From Octopus vulgaris (lineage: Eukaryota): a DNA stretch of 64,000 nucleotides. The translations under genes and the position numbers were made by a program. Every line of letters starts with the position of its first letter. The stretch's first letter is position 1. The stretch is taken from NCBI GenBank assembly GCA_951406725.2, contig OX597818.1, forward strand, positions 118,978,001 to 119,042,000, read 5' to 3'. Shown here piece after piece: positions 27,568 through 41,832 of the stretch. The notes under the pieces were generated by a model, which did no database searches, had not been told where the DNA came from, and worked only from the letters and a program-made list of their open reading frames with translations.

Positions 27568-29098
27568 TGTATGTATATTGAATGTGGTAACGTCACGCAA
27601 ACGATGTTTATCACGAATATATCGCACGCCCAACGCCACCGCACAGTAGCTGAGACACAGGCAGACAGACAGGTGACAGGCAGGCAGACTGGCAGACAAT
27701 TAGGCAGACCCATTGAAATAGGCGCTTATGCGTAACAAATGACTATATAGAATATCGGTAAACGAATAAGTCCAAAGTTAAGCTTTGACAACGGTATTAT
27801 CGAGTGTGAATTAGAATATTTTTGTACTCGGTAGAGCCACGTACAGTTTAAAAAGTCCACAAAATAAATAATTATATTTCAAAACACTTCAAACGATATT
27901 TCTGTATTTATTAATCCTTATTAATCATTTATTAATTATTAATACATATGAATTCTAATATCAACCACATGTTCAGAAGACATATTTAAATACAATTTAT
28001 AAAATCTGATACCCACCTGAATCTTAGATGAACAAAGAAAAATTGGGGAGGAAAGATAAAGTAGAGAAAAGAACAAAATACCAGAATTAAAAAAAAAAAA
28101 TCTGAGATAATTGAAAATATGTAACACTATCGCCGAAAATATGTAACATAATATTCGTTTTGAGACTGTGAAGGCGAGGTAGTATGAGCATGAAGATAAA
28201 AGGGAGAGTTTTGGGAAACAGATTTTACTCCCGAATGACCTATTTGTCGCCAACCTCCATATTTTCCAGGTTAGATCATTAATCTCCCAGTGTAATGAAC
28301 TTGATATTATTACATGTAGAACTGAAAATAAATGATGGGGGAATGAATGGCGTTTTTTGCTCTAAAAGATCGAGTGGTAGTTCAAAGCATGGGGACAAAC
28401 TCGGTGATGCTATCGCGGTGAACTCAGAAATAGTTGTTTACAACCTGGGAACAAAAAAAAGAATACAATTATAGGCAAATACGAAAACACTGCACCAAAC
28501 ATAACCATGCACTCCGCCAATATATCGGCTTACCAATAAGATTTTTCATTTTAGTTTCTGTCTACTTGTCAAGGAAATACAGAATACTCAAGTGCGAGTG
28601 ACAAAAAATACACGTGATGTTGAAATGAATATCTTAAGTACGCAGTCCAGTATACATATACATATACACATACACACACACACACGTTCAGATTTTTGTA
28701 GTGTGTATGCCTATTGAGACTTGGCTGTAGGCTATGTAGCTATATATCTAAGAATTATATAGTTATATCGTCTAGGACCAATAATTATTTTATACAATAA
28801 AATAAATCGCTCGGAAATATTTGGTATATAAAATTTAATTGAAATATTTATATGAACGATCATTATATTAGACATATAAAGCATCGAATCCATATTCTAC
28901 TTTAGCTACATATTAGAGACTTCAATTTGTAAATTTCTTGAATTATGTAGTTTTCGATGCAATTTCTTTCGGCAAAACAAAAGATGAACTGGCCACGTCG
29001 GGAGACAACTGTGTACATAATTTTGCTATTTTATAGATAACTACTAAGTAAGTATGTAAGTAATAATAATAATGATAATAATAATAATAATAATAATG

Positions 29099-29135
<37 letters not shown>

Positions 29136-29152
29136 AAATAATAATAATAATA

Positions 29153-29596
29153 GATGCCCTGATGCAGTACTAGGCAGTGGCTCTCATGGCTTCTCATCTT
29201 AACTGATTGAAAGTGTTATCATGGACATTGTTTTGTATTGGTATAAACGATAGACTACAGCAAATATTCTGCTCAATACCACAGATTTGCTTGTCAGTTG
29301 TTTGACCGTAACCAGTTGAGCATGTCCCTTAGTGGTTGACGATATGTACATCTCTGGCCACAAGCAGAAGTAGTGGGGGAGCATCATAGCCATGTATTGA
29401 GAGGGATGGGTTATTCGACCAGAAGAAAATTCTAACTGGGCCACACCTGCAAGGTCATGCGCTGTTTATCTTGATATGAGATCACCATGTCGCGCACATA
29501 TGGTTGTGAGACATGTGCCTAGTGCCATGATGGGTATACTGGGCTTCGATTATTTAACCCAGTGTCACTTTGATGGCATGCTCTGCTCTCTCGCTC
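29153..29596 (+). mobile_element. Non-coding interspersed element inserted in (TAA)n, copy 1
   Basis: Homologous to 39674..40188; (TAA)n directly on both sides. Confidence 0.8.
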
Positions 29597-31132
29597 AATA
29601 ATAATAATAATAACAATAATAATAATAACAATAATAATAATAATAATAATAATGCCTCAGCTAAAAGCTATACATTCTTAATATATAATAGCTTTGAATT
29701 ATGGCACAATTTCAGCCGTTTGTAAGGGGAGACCACTACACCGATCGTAGTACTTCAGTTGTATTTATTTTGTCGACCACAACGGAATTTTAATTCAGAA
29801 CATAAACACGAATGCAATGTAGTAACCATTTTGCTTTGTGTGCTAAAGATTCCGCCAACTCATCATCCTGCAATCCGAACAGATATGATCATCTATTCTT
29901 ATAATTTAAATTTTCCGCGAAGCGCACACTCGTCTTAACTCTTGTCTACAAGTTCAAAATATTACATTTTAATATAAGATGGTAGCCACAAATTGAAGTC
30001 AGGAACACATTTTAATATTATTCTTGAAGCCTTCTGGTCATAGTTAAATTGCTATAATATTCTTATATTTATTGAGTCGATACTTATTGACATCTTTAAA
30101 CTTTATGTCATTTAATGTAGTTTTATCAGTTTTATGTATTATTGCTGTGGGTGAAATATATTGCAGTCAACGGAGGAACGAACCTCGTGTTCAATCGACG
30201 TGGTAGTAGCTATTGGAATATCTTTAATCCGGAGGCAGCTGGATTATGGGTGAATTTGGGCAATTTCCCACAAGGCCAGTTATATACGTAATAAAATATT
30301 TAAACGGTGGAACAGTTAATTATTTTTAGATAAGTAAATTTTCTTTACAGCAGTTGTATACTGTCAACTTAACGTGACAGTCCCATAAAGGGAATCACAC
30401 CACCGCTATTTAGCCCTAGGAAGCATCAACGTTTCCTGTCGGCTTTGACACATTTCCTGTGTTCTTTACTTATCTAAAAACATTTAATTTTTCCACCGTT
30501 TGAATATACTAAATGACGAGAGGACGAGAGAAAAATCCTTGAATAAGTAAATACAGGCTGCCTTGTAGATGATTCGTGCTTTTTGTTTTGAAAACATCCG
30601 TAAATCGCAATGTCCGCATGTTTTACAAGTATTACGAATAAAACTCCAGTTAAAAATGAGAAATTATTTTCATTGCTATATTAAAAAAACTAATGTATAA
30701 AATAATTACTACACAAATTATGATGTTTTTTTAGAATTTTGATATAAAATCATGTCAGGAAAACTATTTTAGTGACCTCTACAATTATGATAAAGCAGCC
30801 ATAACAAGCAGACAAAGATACCTGAAGTTCCAAAACTGATATTGTAAAATAACTTCATTTAGATAACTTAGACATGTTTCGGGCAAAGGTTGGCCCAGAC
30901 CACCTGATAGGATTTGTTGCGTCATTTTAAAGACAGGTTTTGAAGTATTATGACCCATTCAAGTCGAGACGTGCCATTGACTGAGGTATAAGTGACTTGT
31001 CTGGTATCCATAGAAGAGAGATTTCCAGATTTCGTTTGAAGGTGATGGGATGTTTTTGTTCGATTTAATTTGAGATAATGTTAAATAGAGAAGGAAAGGA
31101 TATTGTATTCTAAAATATTTTAGGTGCTGTAT

Positions 31133-31345
31133 GGCGGCGAGCTGGCGGAAACGTTAGCACGCCGGGCGAAATTCTTAGCGGTATTTCGCCTGTCTTTACG
31201 TTCTGCGTTCAAATTCAGCCGAGGTCGACTTTGCCGTTCATCATTTCGGGGTTGATAAAATTAAGTACCAGTTGCGTACTTGGGTCGATCTGATAGACCA
31301 GATCCCTCCTCAAAAATTTCGGGCCTTGTGCCTAGAGTACAAAAG
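31133..31345 (+). mobile_element. SINE family B
   Basis: GGCGGCGAGCTGGCGGAAACGTTAGCACGCCGGGCGAAA...TTAAGTACCAGTTGCG; similar ATATTTTAGGTG(C/T)TGT on both flanks suggests a TSD. Confidence 0.8.
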
Positions 31346-31761
31346 AATATTTTAGGTGTTGTGAGACTAAATTATGCAGCATCTGTATGCCTGGTTGTGC
31401 CAGCATTAATGAATTCTGAATCTGAAGTTAAGGTCATTTGCGAAATGCTAGTGATATGATCTCCACATTGTGCAAATAATGTATCACTCACGGTGCCACT
31501 TGAGAGAATAAAGATTGAACGGTAATGCATTTCAGTTTAGTTTCCCTTCACTTACAATAGGAATAGAATCAACATGAATTGAAACCGGTAACGTATTTTA
31601 ATAAACACGTAAATATCTCCCTACATTAATTCATGACAAACCTCCAACTGTATTCTCTTTTTGTTACCTATATATATTTGTGAGTGTGTGTGTGTTTGTG
31701 AGTGTGTGTGTGTTGATGTGTCTGTTTGCGGATATATCTATGCCTCTATATTCAACAATAC

Positions 31762-31816
<55 letters not shown>

Positions 31817-32283
31817 TATATAGATAGATATATATATATATATACAAATGATGAAGAAGATGGAGATATTGAAGGTAATAAAAGTTTATTTATCCGTTAC
31901 AGCTATTGCAATTATACACAGAGAAATTAATTAAGTATTAAAATCATGTATATGAGCGTATTCTCTTCAGAGTGAAGAAAATGTACCCTTAGATATTCTG
32001 TGTGTTTGCTTCTAGACTCACCAAAGCAGACTGATTATTACTGTTTATGATTTATATTTATATGTTTTGGGGCGAGTTGGTTGTGGCTTAGATGGAGTAT
32101 GTAAATAGAAGTAGAGTAATAAAGAATGAATAAATAGAAATTATAGAGTAAGATACAATATAAATAAAGTACAATATGAATGAGGTGAAGAAGTAAATTA
32201 CATTTGTAAGATGTATATGAAGTTGAGAAAATTTGTCTATATATAGTTACACGCATACACATGTTTATATAATTATCTGTCAC

Positions 32284-32321
<38 letters not shown>

Positions 32322-32389
32322 TAAGACAAATGTTTTACAGTTGGTAACTTACTGGTATATTCCATCTGTGCTTCATTTGCTACACACAT

Positions 32390-32449
<60 letters not shown>

Positions 32450-32574
32450 AACCGGTAATTCCCGGTGGTAAAAATGTTCTATTGAAACGCATTATTACTC
32501 TGATATAAGAAAGCAATTTCGTTATAACTGCCACAAAAGGTGTATTTTCCGTCGCCAAAGAGTACAAAAACTGT

Positions 32575-32775
32575 CAGCTGGAGGAAGGAGAGATTCTTGG
32601 AGGTTGGTGAGAGATGTTTTTGGAGGTTGGTGAAAAAGATTGTCGGAGGTTGGTGAAAGAGGTTGTCGGAGCTTGGCGAGAGAGGATATCTGAGGCTAGC
32701 AAGAGAGGTTATCAGAGGTTGTCTAGAGAGGTTGTCGAGAGAGGTTTTCGGAGGTTGGTAAGAGAGGTTGTCGTT
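32575..32775. repeat. Degenerate purine-rich minisatellite (GAGGTTGTCG / GAGGTTGGTG units) in an unclassified repeat
   Basis: About ten imperfect GAGGTT-cored units. Confidence 0.7.
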
Positions 32776-33147
32776 CACAGAAAAACTATTGTTTTACTGT
32801 GAGAAAAGCGCTGTTGAAGTGTTAAGTGAAATTTGGCAATCGAGCATCGAATCCACGCTATGCCTGCATAAAGCCACCACAAATCCGTGCTGCATAAAGC
32901 CACTACAAATCCGTGATGCATATCCACCACCACAAATCGAGCTGCACGAAGTTTTGTCAGTGAACAGGTCGCGGTCTCAAAGCGACGAAAATAATTTGAC
33001 AAATTAAATTTAAATGTTGAAGTGAATCTAACGGTTTTGTGTGTTTCTTAAATGGCTTATAAACACCTTCCACGCTGCAATTGTTTTCGTTCCAGCACAC
33101 GATCTCAGATCAAGTCACTCGCTATGCAAGTACATCTCCGTAATATA

Positions 33148-33180
<33 letters not shown>

Positions 33181-33232
33181 ATATGTTCTAAAATACTCAC
33201 AGCCTTGGTTTTTATCTTATTCTGAAAATCTT

Positions 33233-33293
<61 letters not shown>

Positions 33294-34394
33294 TCCCGTT
33301 AAAGATGACGTATTAGCTTTCAGCTTTTTACCGAACGACCCGCAAAAGTGATTTGTTTATAGTTTAACTCATTCCCTTCATGAAATGGACTTTATTGTCT
33401 GAACCGGCGCTCGTTGTACTACGCGTCAAGTGTCGAAGTGATCGCAGACCAACGTGAGATGATGTGTTTTGTCCAAAAACACAACCCCAACATCCGGTCC
33501 AGGACGTTGGGCCTCGATCTCGTTAACCTCTAGGTTTTACGCATTTTGCATATGCTTAATGTGAAATCTAGTGTTGATACAAATTTTCTTGAATTAATTA
33601 TGCCAATAGGAAACGAACGCACTGGTTCTTTTTCCCTTCATGTATTTTCAATCAGATAGTTACCTAACCAATTTGCTAAGCGGTTGCTTGATCAACCGTT
33701 GGGTCAGTCATCCATTTAGATTTGTCGCATTCTTTTCGTCTCCATACGTGACCTCATTAATGACATGCCCTCGCTACTTCAGTTATTTCTGTCTCTTAGT
33801 TTTCAGACTGTATCTATATTTATTGTTACTCGGATGTGATTGAGGATGCTTCAGAGAAGTGGAGTGTTTATGTGTAGGTGTATGCATGGCATGGATTCTG
33901 TGAGAGCGTGAGAGAGAACATATGTGTGTGACATTGTACGCGTGTCTCTGAGTGCACGCTTTTTTATATTCATGTTGTAGATTCTGTAGAATGTGTGAGT
34001 GGTTAAACTTTTATTTATTTTCTTTTTTCTTCTATGTTTAGTGTCTTTGTGTTTATGAATAGACTGCAGGTGTGTGGGTGTTCACGACTTGGAATGCGTG
34101 CTTGTTTGGACTTTCCAGAACTATCGCATTTTAAAAATATTTCCGTAAATTTTTTGGAACGGAGACGATCACATTTCGATTTTCTGATTCACTTAATCTT
34201 TCCTTCTAATGTCAGGAGAAGAAAAAAATTATGTTCCACCGTAATATATGATACACTTACATATTCAAACAAATAAGCATACAGTCACTTTCTCACACAG
34301 GCGCAAATTTACACAAAACGCAAAGATAACTATATCATAAATTCTTACAAATATACAGGTATATAATTCTTATTTTTTATTTCTTTATTGCACA

Positions 34395-34778
34395 CAAGCG
34401 GCTAAACATAAAGGGGACAAACAAGGACAGATAAAAGGATTAAGTCAATTACATCTATCCCAGTGCATAACCGGTACATAATTTATTGATTACCGAAAGG
34501 ATGAAAGGGAAAGTCGACCTCGGTGGAATTTGAACTCCAAACGTAATGGCAGACGAAATACCTATTTCTTTACTACCCACAAGGGGCTAAACACAGAGAG
34601 GACAAACAAGGACAGACAAACGGATTAAGTCGATTATATCGATCCCAGTGCATAACTGGTACTTAATTTATCGACCCCGAAAGGATGAAAGGCAATGTAG
34701 ACCTCGGCGGAATTTGAACTCAGAAAAACCGCTTAGCATTTCGCCCGGCGTACTAATGTTTTTGCCAACTCGCCGCCC
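34395..34778 (-). mobile_element. SINE family B with the same tandem 3' duplication as 14288
   Basis: GACAAACAAGGACAGA...GAAAGGATGAAAGG...GGAATTTGAACTC occurs twice. Confidence 0.8.
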
Positions 34779-35571
34779 TGATATTATTCTTATTTCTTGC
34801 GTGGAGAAAGGAATCGCAGCAGTACGTGATTGGTACTGTGTACATCGACCGATTTAACACCAGCATGCATATGCACGGTGTTATGCTTCGGTATGCACAT
34901 ACATGGGGATTCATAATTGATCCTGTTTACTTAACATTTTATTTCTGTTATTTTGTTTGTGTGAGAGTGTGGCTGGTCGTTTTGCTGGCAGTATGGGGAT
35001 TAAATGATAGTTTCCATTCAGTTATTTGTCTACATTCACTTATCTCGCAACATGTATAGATTTGATTTTTAATATCTATGTTATTTAGTATGCCTACATG
35101 TTTAACTTTAATATACTGATAGAATAGCGATATTGGTTTCCTATCACTCTATCTCTATCTCTTCCAGTTTATTTCTGTTCTCTCAGGCCAGCTCCTAATA
35201 GATCTTTCCTTCAATTCTTACATTTGGCCTCAAAAAATATTAACTGGTCTAAAACGTTCCTAGTTTTGTAGTTAATCAATACAAATTTGATGGGTACATG
35301 TGGTCTAATGGAAGTGGATGACCTATTTTCGGAGCTCATGGAATTTTGTGCTTTCTCTACCGCTCCAATTCTAAGTTTAGGGTCCCTTATTAAGTCTATA
35401 TTCTCCGAAAGTTCTATGGTCAAGCTTGTAGCAGTAGAGACCTTCGGCGTTCTTGGCCCCTGAACCATATCTCTCCTCACCGTTATAGGGGGCGGTGATG
35501 TCTATCCGCACGTGCGAGCCCTCTTTCCTTTTTGTCTACCGGTCCCATGGGAAATATTTATATCTTGTTAG

Positions 35572-35719
35572 AGGCAAGGTTTTCCAAAATTGATTCAAAT
35601 AAAGGCAGTGACAGTCAGCATGATAACATTAAATGCAAGAACGAAAGTAGCAATAAAACGGAACAGCTGAATATCAGCAGTACATCAGCATGGTTAAGTA
35701 GAAGAAACACAGCTTTTTG
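35572..35719 (+). CDS. Candidate internal coding exon of an unidentified host gene
   Basis: ttgttag| acceptor, open frame (E)ARFSKIDSNKGSDSQHDNIKCKNESSNKTEQLNISSTSAWLSRRNTAF, |gtaagg donor; non-repetitive sequence. Confidence 0.35.
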
Positions 35720-35818
35720 GTAAGGTTATTTCACTTTATTTTAATTATTTCTCAATTCAGCCATCTTTCAATATTCCAAGCACTTATTTTTCAGTCTAAC
35801 TCAATAGACGGTGCATTT

Positions 35819-35881
<63 letters not shown>

Positions 35882-36043
35882 TTTCTCTTACTCTTTCGTT
35901 TCAACTCTGCCATATCCCACAGAGGTAAACATGCACCCTTTCTCTTTCTCTCTTCCTCAACTTCTTCCACCAGCTAACTATATAACTACATAATATAATA
36001 GCAATCGCTTCCGCTAAATCTCGCCACTTGCAATCTCACCCTC

Positions 36044-36069
36044 AATAATAATAATAATAATAATAATAT

Positions 36070-36121
<52 letters not shown>

Positions 36122-36152
36122 GATAATAATAATAATGATAAGGATAATAATA

Positions 36153-36251
<99 letters not shown>
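36044..36251. repeat. (TAA)n microsatellite
   Basis: Directly visible. Confidence 0.97.
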
Positions 36252-36252
36252 G

Positions 36253-39200
36253 TAAACACCGGGGACGTTTAAGATGTGAGAACGATAAAACAGTGCTCCG
36301 AAATCTATCCACAAACATCGAAAACAAAGACATCGTATGGAGCCAAAAATTTATTAACAAAGGATTGGACTATATCCGAGTAAATAATACTCATTGAAAT
36401 TTATTACTATTTACGAAACGAAATGATGTATTTTAACTCGATATCATCTCCACCTCTAACACGACACATGTAAAAAGTAAAATAATCAAAGAACTGAAAA
36501 CCACAGAGCTCAAAATGGACCACCGACCATACCTCCCAAAAATCAAAATAGACGAAACAACAACACCAATTATAAACAGCATAAACCTAGCCGTCACGGA
36601 ACTAATAGCCACTGAAACAAAAAGCGATATCACTGAGCTACATGACTTAGTATACGCAGCAGCCACTGCAGCCACAAAAGAAGCTGGATACACACTCAAA
36701 CCCATCCAAATAGGAGTACCACCACCCAAACAAACCCTGTGGATAAATAACATCCAAAACAAAATACAAAAAATGAGAAAAGATCAGTCGATTCTTAATG
36801 AAATCAGTAGACAATCAACGCTACTGAGCAACAAAAACAAAAAAAAAATACTCCGCAAATACATCACAGAAAAAGCTTTACCTGAGATAAAAGAAAAGCT
36901 AAAGCAAGATATCCTTGCCAAAGCACAAAGGATCCGCCGGTACGAGAAACGCCAGCACTTCTTTGAACAAAACAAAAAGTTCAACTCCAACCCCAAAAAG
37001 TTCTATCAAGAACTTGGCAAAAATAAAATAGAAATCACTGCAGCACCAACGGCAGAAGAAGTGGAAGAATTCTGGAGAGAAATATGGTCGGCGAACGAAT
37101 AACCAAAAAAAGGAGTATTAAAACAACAAACTCATCATCTGAGAAATTTGGACCACCATAACAACTGAAGAGGTCACCCAGGCACTGCAAAGACTAAGCA
37201 ACTGGAAGGCACCTGGGCATGACAAGATCCCCAACTTCTGGTTGAAATATCTAACAGGAATGCACAAAAAGCTGGCTGAAAACTTTAACAACATACTAGC
37301 AGAGCCAGAGACAATGCCTGCATGGCTCACGAAAGGGGAAAACCCTCTTAATTCCCAAATCAAATGAGACAGCAAAACCAGAAAACTACAGACCAATAAC
37401 CTGTCTCCCTCCAATGTACAAGGCATTTACTGCAGTGATATCGCAAAGGTTGAACAAGCACCTAGACGAAAACAACCTGTTGCTAGAAGAGCAGAAAGGA
37501 TGCCGCAAAGGCTCATATGGCTGTAAAGATCAACTAATGATTAATAAAGCCATAACTGAAGACAGCCACAGAAAGAAGAAGGGCCTCAGTATGGCCTGGA
37601 TCGACTACAAAAAGGCGTTTGATAGTATCCCCCACACATGGATCCTCGAAACACTAGCCATTAACAAAGTAGCACCAACGATTATAAAATTCATAGGACA
37701 CTCTATGAATAAATGGCAAACAGTCCTACACCTCCAAACAAAAGAGGGACTCATGAAAACCAAAGACATGCCCATTAGAAGAGGAATATTCCAGGGAGAC
37801 ACGCTCTCTCCACTCCTTTTCTGCTTGGCACTGTCAACTCTATCTGATATGCTAAATAGAACTGGATGCGGATATAAATGTTACGGCAAAACGATCAGTC
37901 ACCTTTTATATATGGATGACCTAAAACTATACGCTACAAATGACAAACAGCTGGAAACACTATTAAAGACAGTTCATGGATTTACCAAAGAAATAGATAT
38001 GAAATTTGGATTAGAAAAATGCGCCAAAGTAACCATGAAAAGTGGAAAGCTAGTTAAGAGTAGCAACATCACACTAGATAAAACCAATGAAATAAAAGAA
38101 TTAGACCAAAGCCAAACTTACAAATACTTAGGAATCCATGAACTAGATAAGACACAACACACACAAATGAAAGAGAAAATAAAAAAAGAATATTATAGAC
38201 GAGTTAGATCAATACTAAAAACAGAGCTCAATGCTAAAAACAAGATAATAGGTATTAACACTTTAGCTGTCCCAGTTATAAGTTACAGCTACAGTATCCT
38301 TAACTGGACACTAAATGAACTGACCAAGATAGATAGGAAAACAAGAAAAATAATGACAGGATCTAGGATGCATCACCCAAAATCTGACATAGAAAGACTA
38401 TATATAAAACGTATAGAAGGTGGTAGAGGCCTTATACAGCTGGAAAACCACTATAAAATAACCACCATAGGACTGCAAAAATATCTACTTCAGAAGGAAG
38501 GAAAACTGATACAAATAGCGGCAAAACACGAGCAAAACAAAAAACTGGTCTCAGTATTTAAGGAAGCTGACAAATACAAACAAGAAAACATACCACCTAA
38601 TAAATATGAAGAAGAAGAAGAAGAAGAAGAAGAAGAAGAAGAAGAAGAAGAAGAAGAAGAAGAAGAAGAAGAAGAAGATGAAGAAACAACAAAACCTATA
38701 AAAGAAATGAAATCCAAACTAAAAATAGAACAGCAACGAACCATGATAAAACGATGGCAAGAAAAGCCCCTTCATGGTAACTACTGAACTAAACTAAACT
38801 CAAAAGAAATAGACAAAGAAAAATCCCAGCAATGGTTGAGAAGCTCAGGACTCAAAGCAGAGACAGAGGGATTTTTTATTGCTGCACAAGGCCAAAGCCT
38901 CTCCACCAGAAATTATCAAAAACATGTAATGAAAAGAAATATAACAAGTAACTGCAGAATATGTGGAGATGGACAAGAAACAATAAATCATATTATCTCT
39001 AGCTTCCCAGTCCTAGCTAAGAAGGAATATATTCACAGGCATGACAGAGTTGGAACCTACATACACTAGAAGCTATGCCAACATGGAATAACAACAGAAA
39101 AAAGATGGTATAGGCACACACCAGAAAAGGTCACAGAAAACGAGAAAGCAACCATACTCTGGGATATGCCGATACTCACAGATAGAGAAATTAAGGCCAA

Positions 39201-39612
39201 CAGACCAGATATAGTTGTCAGAGATCATGAAGAAAAAAATGCTTTCTAATTGATGTATTAATACCAGCGGATGACAACGTGTCTCTAAAAGAAATGGAGA
39301 AACTTTCGAAATACAAAGACCTGGAAATAGAGGTAACCAGAATGTGGAATCTAAAAACAGAAACAATTCCTATCATAGTAGGTGCATTAGGCATGATAAA
39401 AAAATATTCAGACAAATACATAACAAAACCACCAGGACTTACAAACACATATAACATACAGAAAATTGCACTACTAGGCACTGCACACATCCTACGCAGA
39501 ACACTTTCCATACAATAACCATCAGAGCATCACAACAAATCACAGCACATACCCAAGGCACACAGAGCTGCGCTCGGTAGTGAAGTGAAAGCACGCTATA
39601 AAAATAAAACTA

Positions 39613-39615
<3 letters not shown>
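36253..39615 (+). mobile_element. Decayed R4/Dong-clade non-LTR retrotransposon (RT, CCHC finger, restriction-like endonuclease); 5' boundary uncertain
   Basis: Pieces 36515..37102, WKAPGHDKIPNFWLK, 37414..38787 (WIDYKKAFDS, GIFQGDTLSPLLF, YMDD, GGRGL), 38836..39069 (CRIC..ETINH, RHD), ILWD..TD..IKANRPDIV, 39279..39518 (EKLSKYKDL, IIVGALG). Split by stops and frameshifts; 3' end abuts (TAA)n. Confidence 0.88.
37414..38787 (+). pseudogene. Reverse transcriptase domain of the R4/Dong element
   Basis: RT motifs as above; contains an in-frame (GAA)23 tract. Confidence 0.88.
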
Positions 39616-39673
<58 letters not shown>

Positions 39674-40188
39674 GATGCAGTATCGGGCAGTGGCTCTCAT
39701 TGCTGCTGACCTTAACTGATTGGAAGTGTTATCATGTACGTTGTTTTGTCTCGGTAAAAAAGATGGGCAACAGTAAATATTCTGTTTGACCTTAACCAGT
39801 TGAGCATGTCCCTTAGTGGCGATATGTGCCTCTCTGATCAGAAGCAGAAGCAGTGGGAGAGCATCATAGCCGTGTGTTGAAAGGAATTCTTTGGAGTTTG
39901 AATAATTCACCTATGGAAACGTGGGTGTTTCGTTCAACATCCTCATACAATCCTTATTCAAGGACCTTTTGAGCGGGATGGGCTACTCGACCAGCAGAAA
40001 ATTCTAACTGGGCCCCACCTGCAAGGTTATGTGCTGTTTATCTTGATATGAGAACACCATTTGCGCACATATGGTTGTGATGCATGTGTCTGGTGTACCA
40101 TTATCAGACGGGTAGTCATGATGGGTATAGAGGGCTTCGTATATTTTATCCCAGAGTCACTTTGATGGCATGCACTGCTCTCTCACTC
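39674..40188 (+). mobile_element. Non-coding interspersed element inserted in (TAA)n, copy 2
   Basis: GATGCAGTA..GGCAGTGGCTCTCAT...CACTTTGATGGCATGCACTGCTCTCTCACTC, matching 29153..29596. Confidence 0.8.
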
Positions 40189-40227
40189 AGTAATAATAAT
40201 AATAATAACAATAATAATAATAATAAT

Positions 40228-40490
40228 GGTTATACTCGTGATGATGTACCTCTGATAATTGGTGCTTTGGGAACAGTAAACCAAAATATAGACATATGGC
40301 TGAAGATTGAAATAGTATATACGGAAGAGCCCCTATAGAATGTTTGCCTCTTAGGGGCAGCAATAATTATCAGGAGGATTCTAAGCACTTGAAGGTCTAG
40401 CGAAAACGTGTGGATACGTCAGGTTAGTGGTAATAACCAGCAACCCTATCAATCGTACCAGGACTATGACCAAACCTGAGCTTTGTTTCT
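40228..40490 (+). mobile_element. 5'-truncated 3' end of a second R4/Dong-like family
   Basis: VPLIIGALGTV...*NVCLLGAAIIIRRILST* parallels IPIIVGALGMI...QKIALLGTAHILRRTLS of the upstream element; (TAA)n on both sides. Confidence 0.7.
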
Positions 40491-40658
40491 ATAATAATAA
40501 TAATAATGATGATAATAATGATGATGATAATAATAATGATGATGATGATGATAATAATAATGATAATAATAATAATAATGATGATAATAATAATAATGAT
40601 GATAATAATAATAATGATGATAATAATAATGATGATTATAATAATAATGATGATGATA

Positions 40659-40690
<32 letters not shown>

Positions 40691-40708
40691 GATAATGACG
40701 ATGATGAC

Positions 40709-40739
<31 letters not shown>

Positions 40740-41269
40740 CAAGGATGAAATATGTTGACTGGTACTCAGTAAAATCTGCTCGAGTGATCGTTACTAATAT
40801 AGATGATACTGGGGAAAATATACAAATAACTTATTGTTTGGATAGAGGCTGTGTACGCAGAAACCCCCACACGGACTCACACCCACAAACACACACAGAT
40901 ACACACGTCTGGACATACGTATATCCGCCCACCCATCCATCACCACCCACATATACACGTACATGCTACAGAGCGATGTAATGTAGATCGATACATTTTA
41001 ATCCATATATCTAGATAGTAAAACCAATTTTTCAGCGTACTGAAAATTTCGGAGAGACAGCATTAAGTCAATGTAAAATTATCAGGAATTCTATTTTCAT
41101 AAATTTATTGTATTTTGTGGATTTGTAATTCTAAAATAAATTCATCATAATATTCATCTATTTAGTCCTCTTGGCTTCTGCACATCCATTAAAACAGAAT
41201 TCATTTAAATAATTCTTGATACAACCGGAAACTATTAACCTTATTACGTTGAGATTTTGCTGTTTCTAG

Positions 41270-41297
41270 GATGAGTCTCTCTTCACGATTATTCAAA
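41270..41297 (+). CDS. Candidate 28-bp microexon (W)MSLSSRLFK
   Basis: ttttgctgtttctag|G acceptor and AAA|gtatgt donor; phase 2 in, phase 0 out, matching both neighbouring candidates. Confidence 0.3.
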
Positions 41298-41832
41298 GTA
41301 TGTCCGCTGAATTTCATAATTCATAACTTTGTAAAGAACAAAGATTCAATGTGCTGTGTTATAAAGAAAAATATTATATGGACGTTATTCAGCAAGTGCT
41401 ACAAAATATATCGTTACAAGTTTTCAGCTCATTTTCGCTTTGTCTTTTAATGGAAGGCTCCAAGTATCCGGAAACAGAAATGCATTAACTTGGACAAAAG
41501 AGATATTTCATAACGGAAAAGTGTAGCTGCCAATTACATCGATGGAAATTCTTTCATTTCCATTGTATTATATACATTAGACAAACAAATTAAAGTTTTA
41601 AAAAAATTGAGCGCGCGAAAACATTTGTTTGCGTACGTTATTTTTCTGCTTAATTAATTATTATTTAGTAATACATTTGTATTTTGCTAAAATGATGTGA
41701 ACATGTTTGAGACTCAAACTACAGGTGAAACAAAATACACGATAACTTTTAATAACAATGGCATTGATATTTATTTATTGATTTTCTGTTTCTTTTTGCA
41801 TCAAGTATATATAGGAGTATTTATTTTTTATT

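Noticed and set aside
35211-35480. 89-aa minus-strand ORF in non-repetitive, more GC-rich sequence
   Set aside because: No recognisable domain or splice signals, and an in-frame stop just upstream.
35986-36360. Poly-Leu/Ile ORFs, and the poly-Asn/Asp/His ORFs at 40427-40981
   Set aside because: Translations of (TAA)n/(TGA)n arrays.
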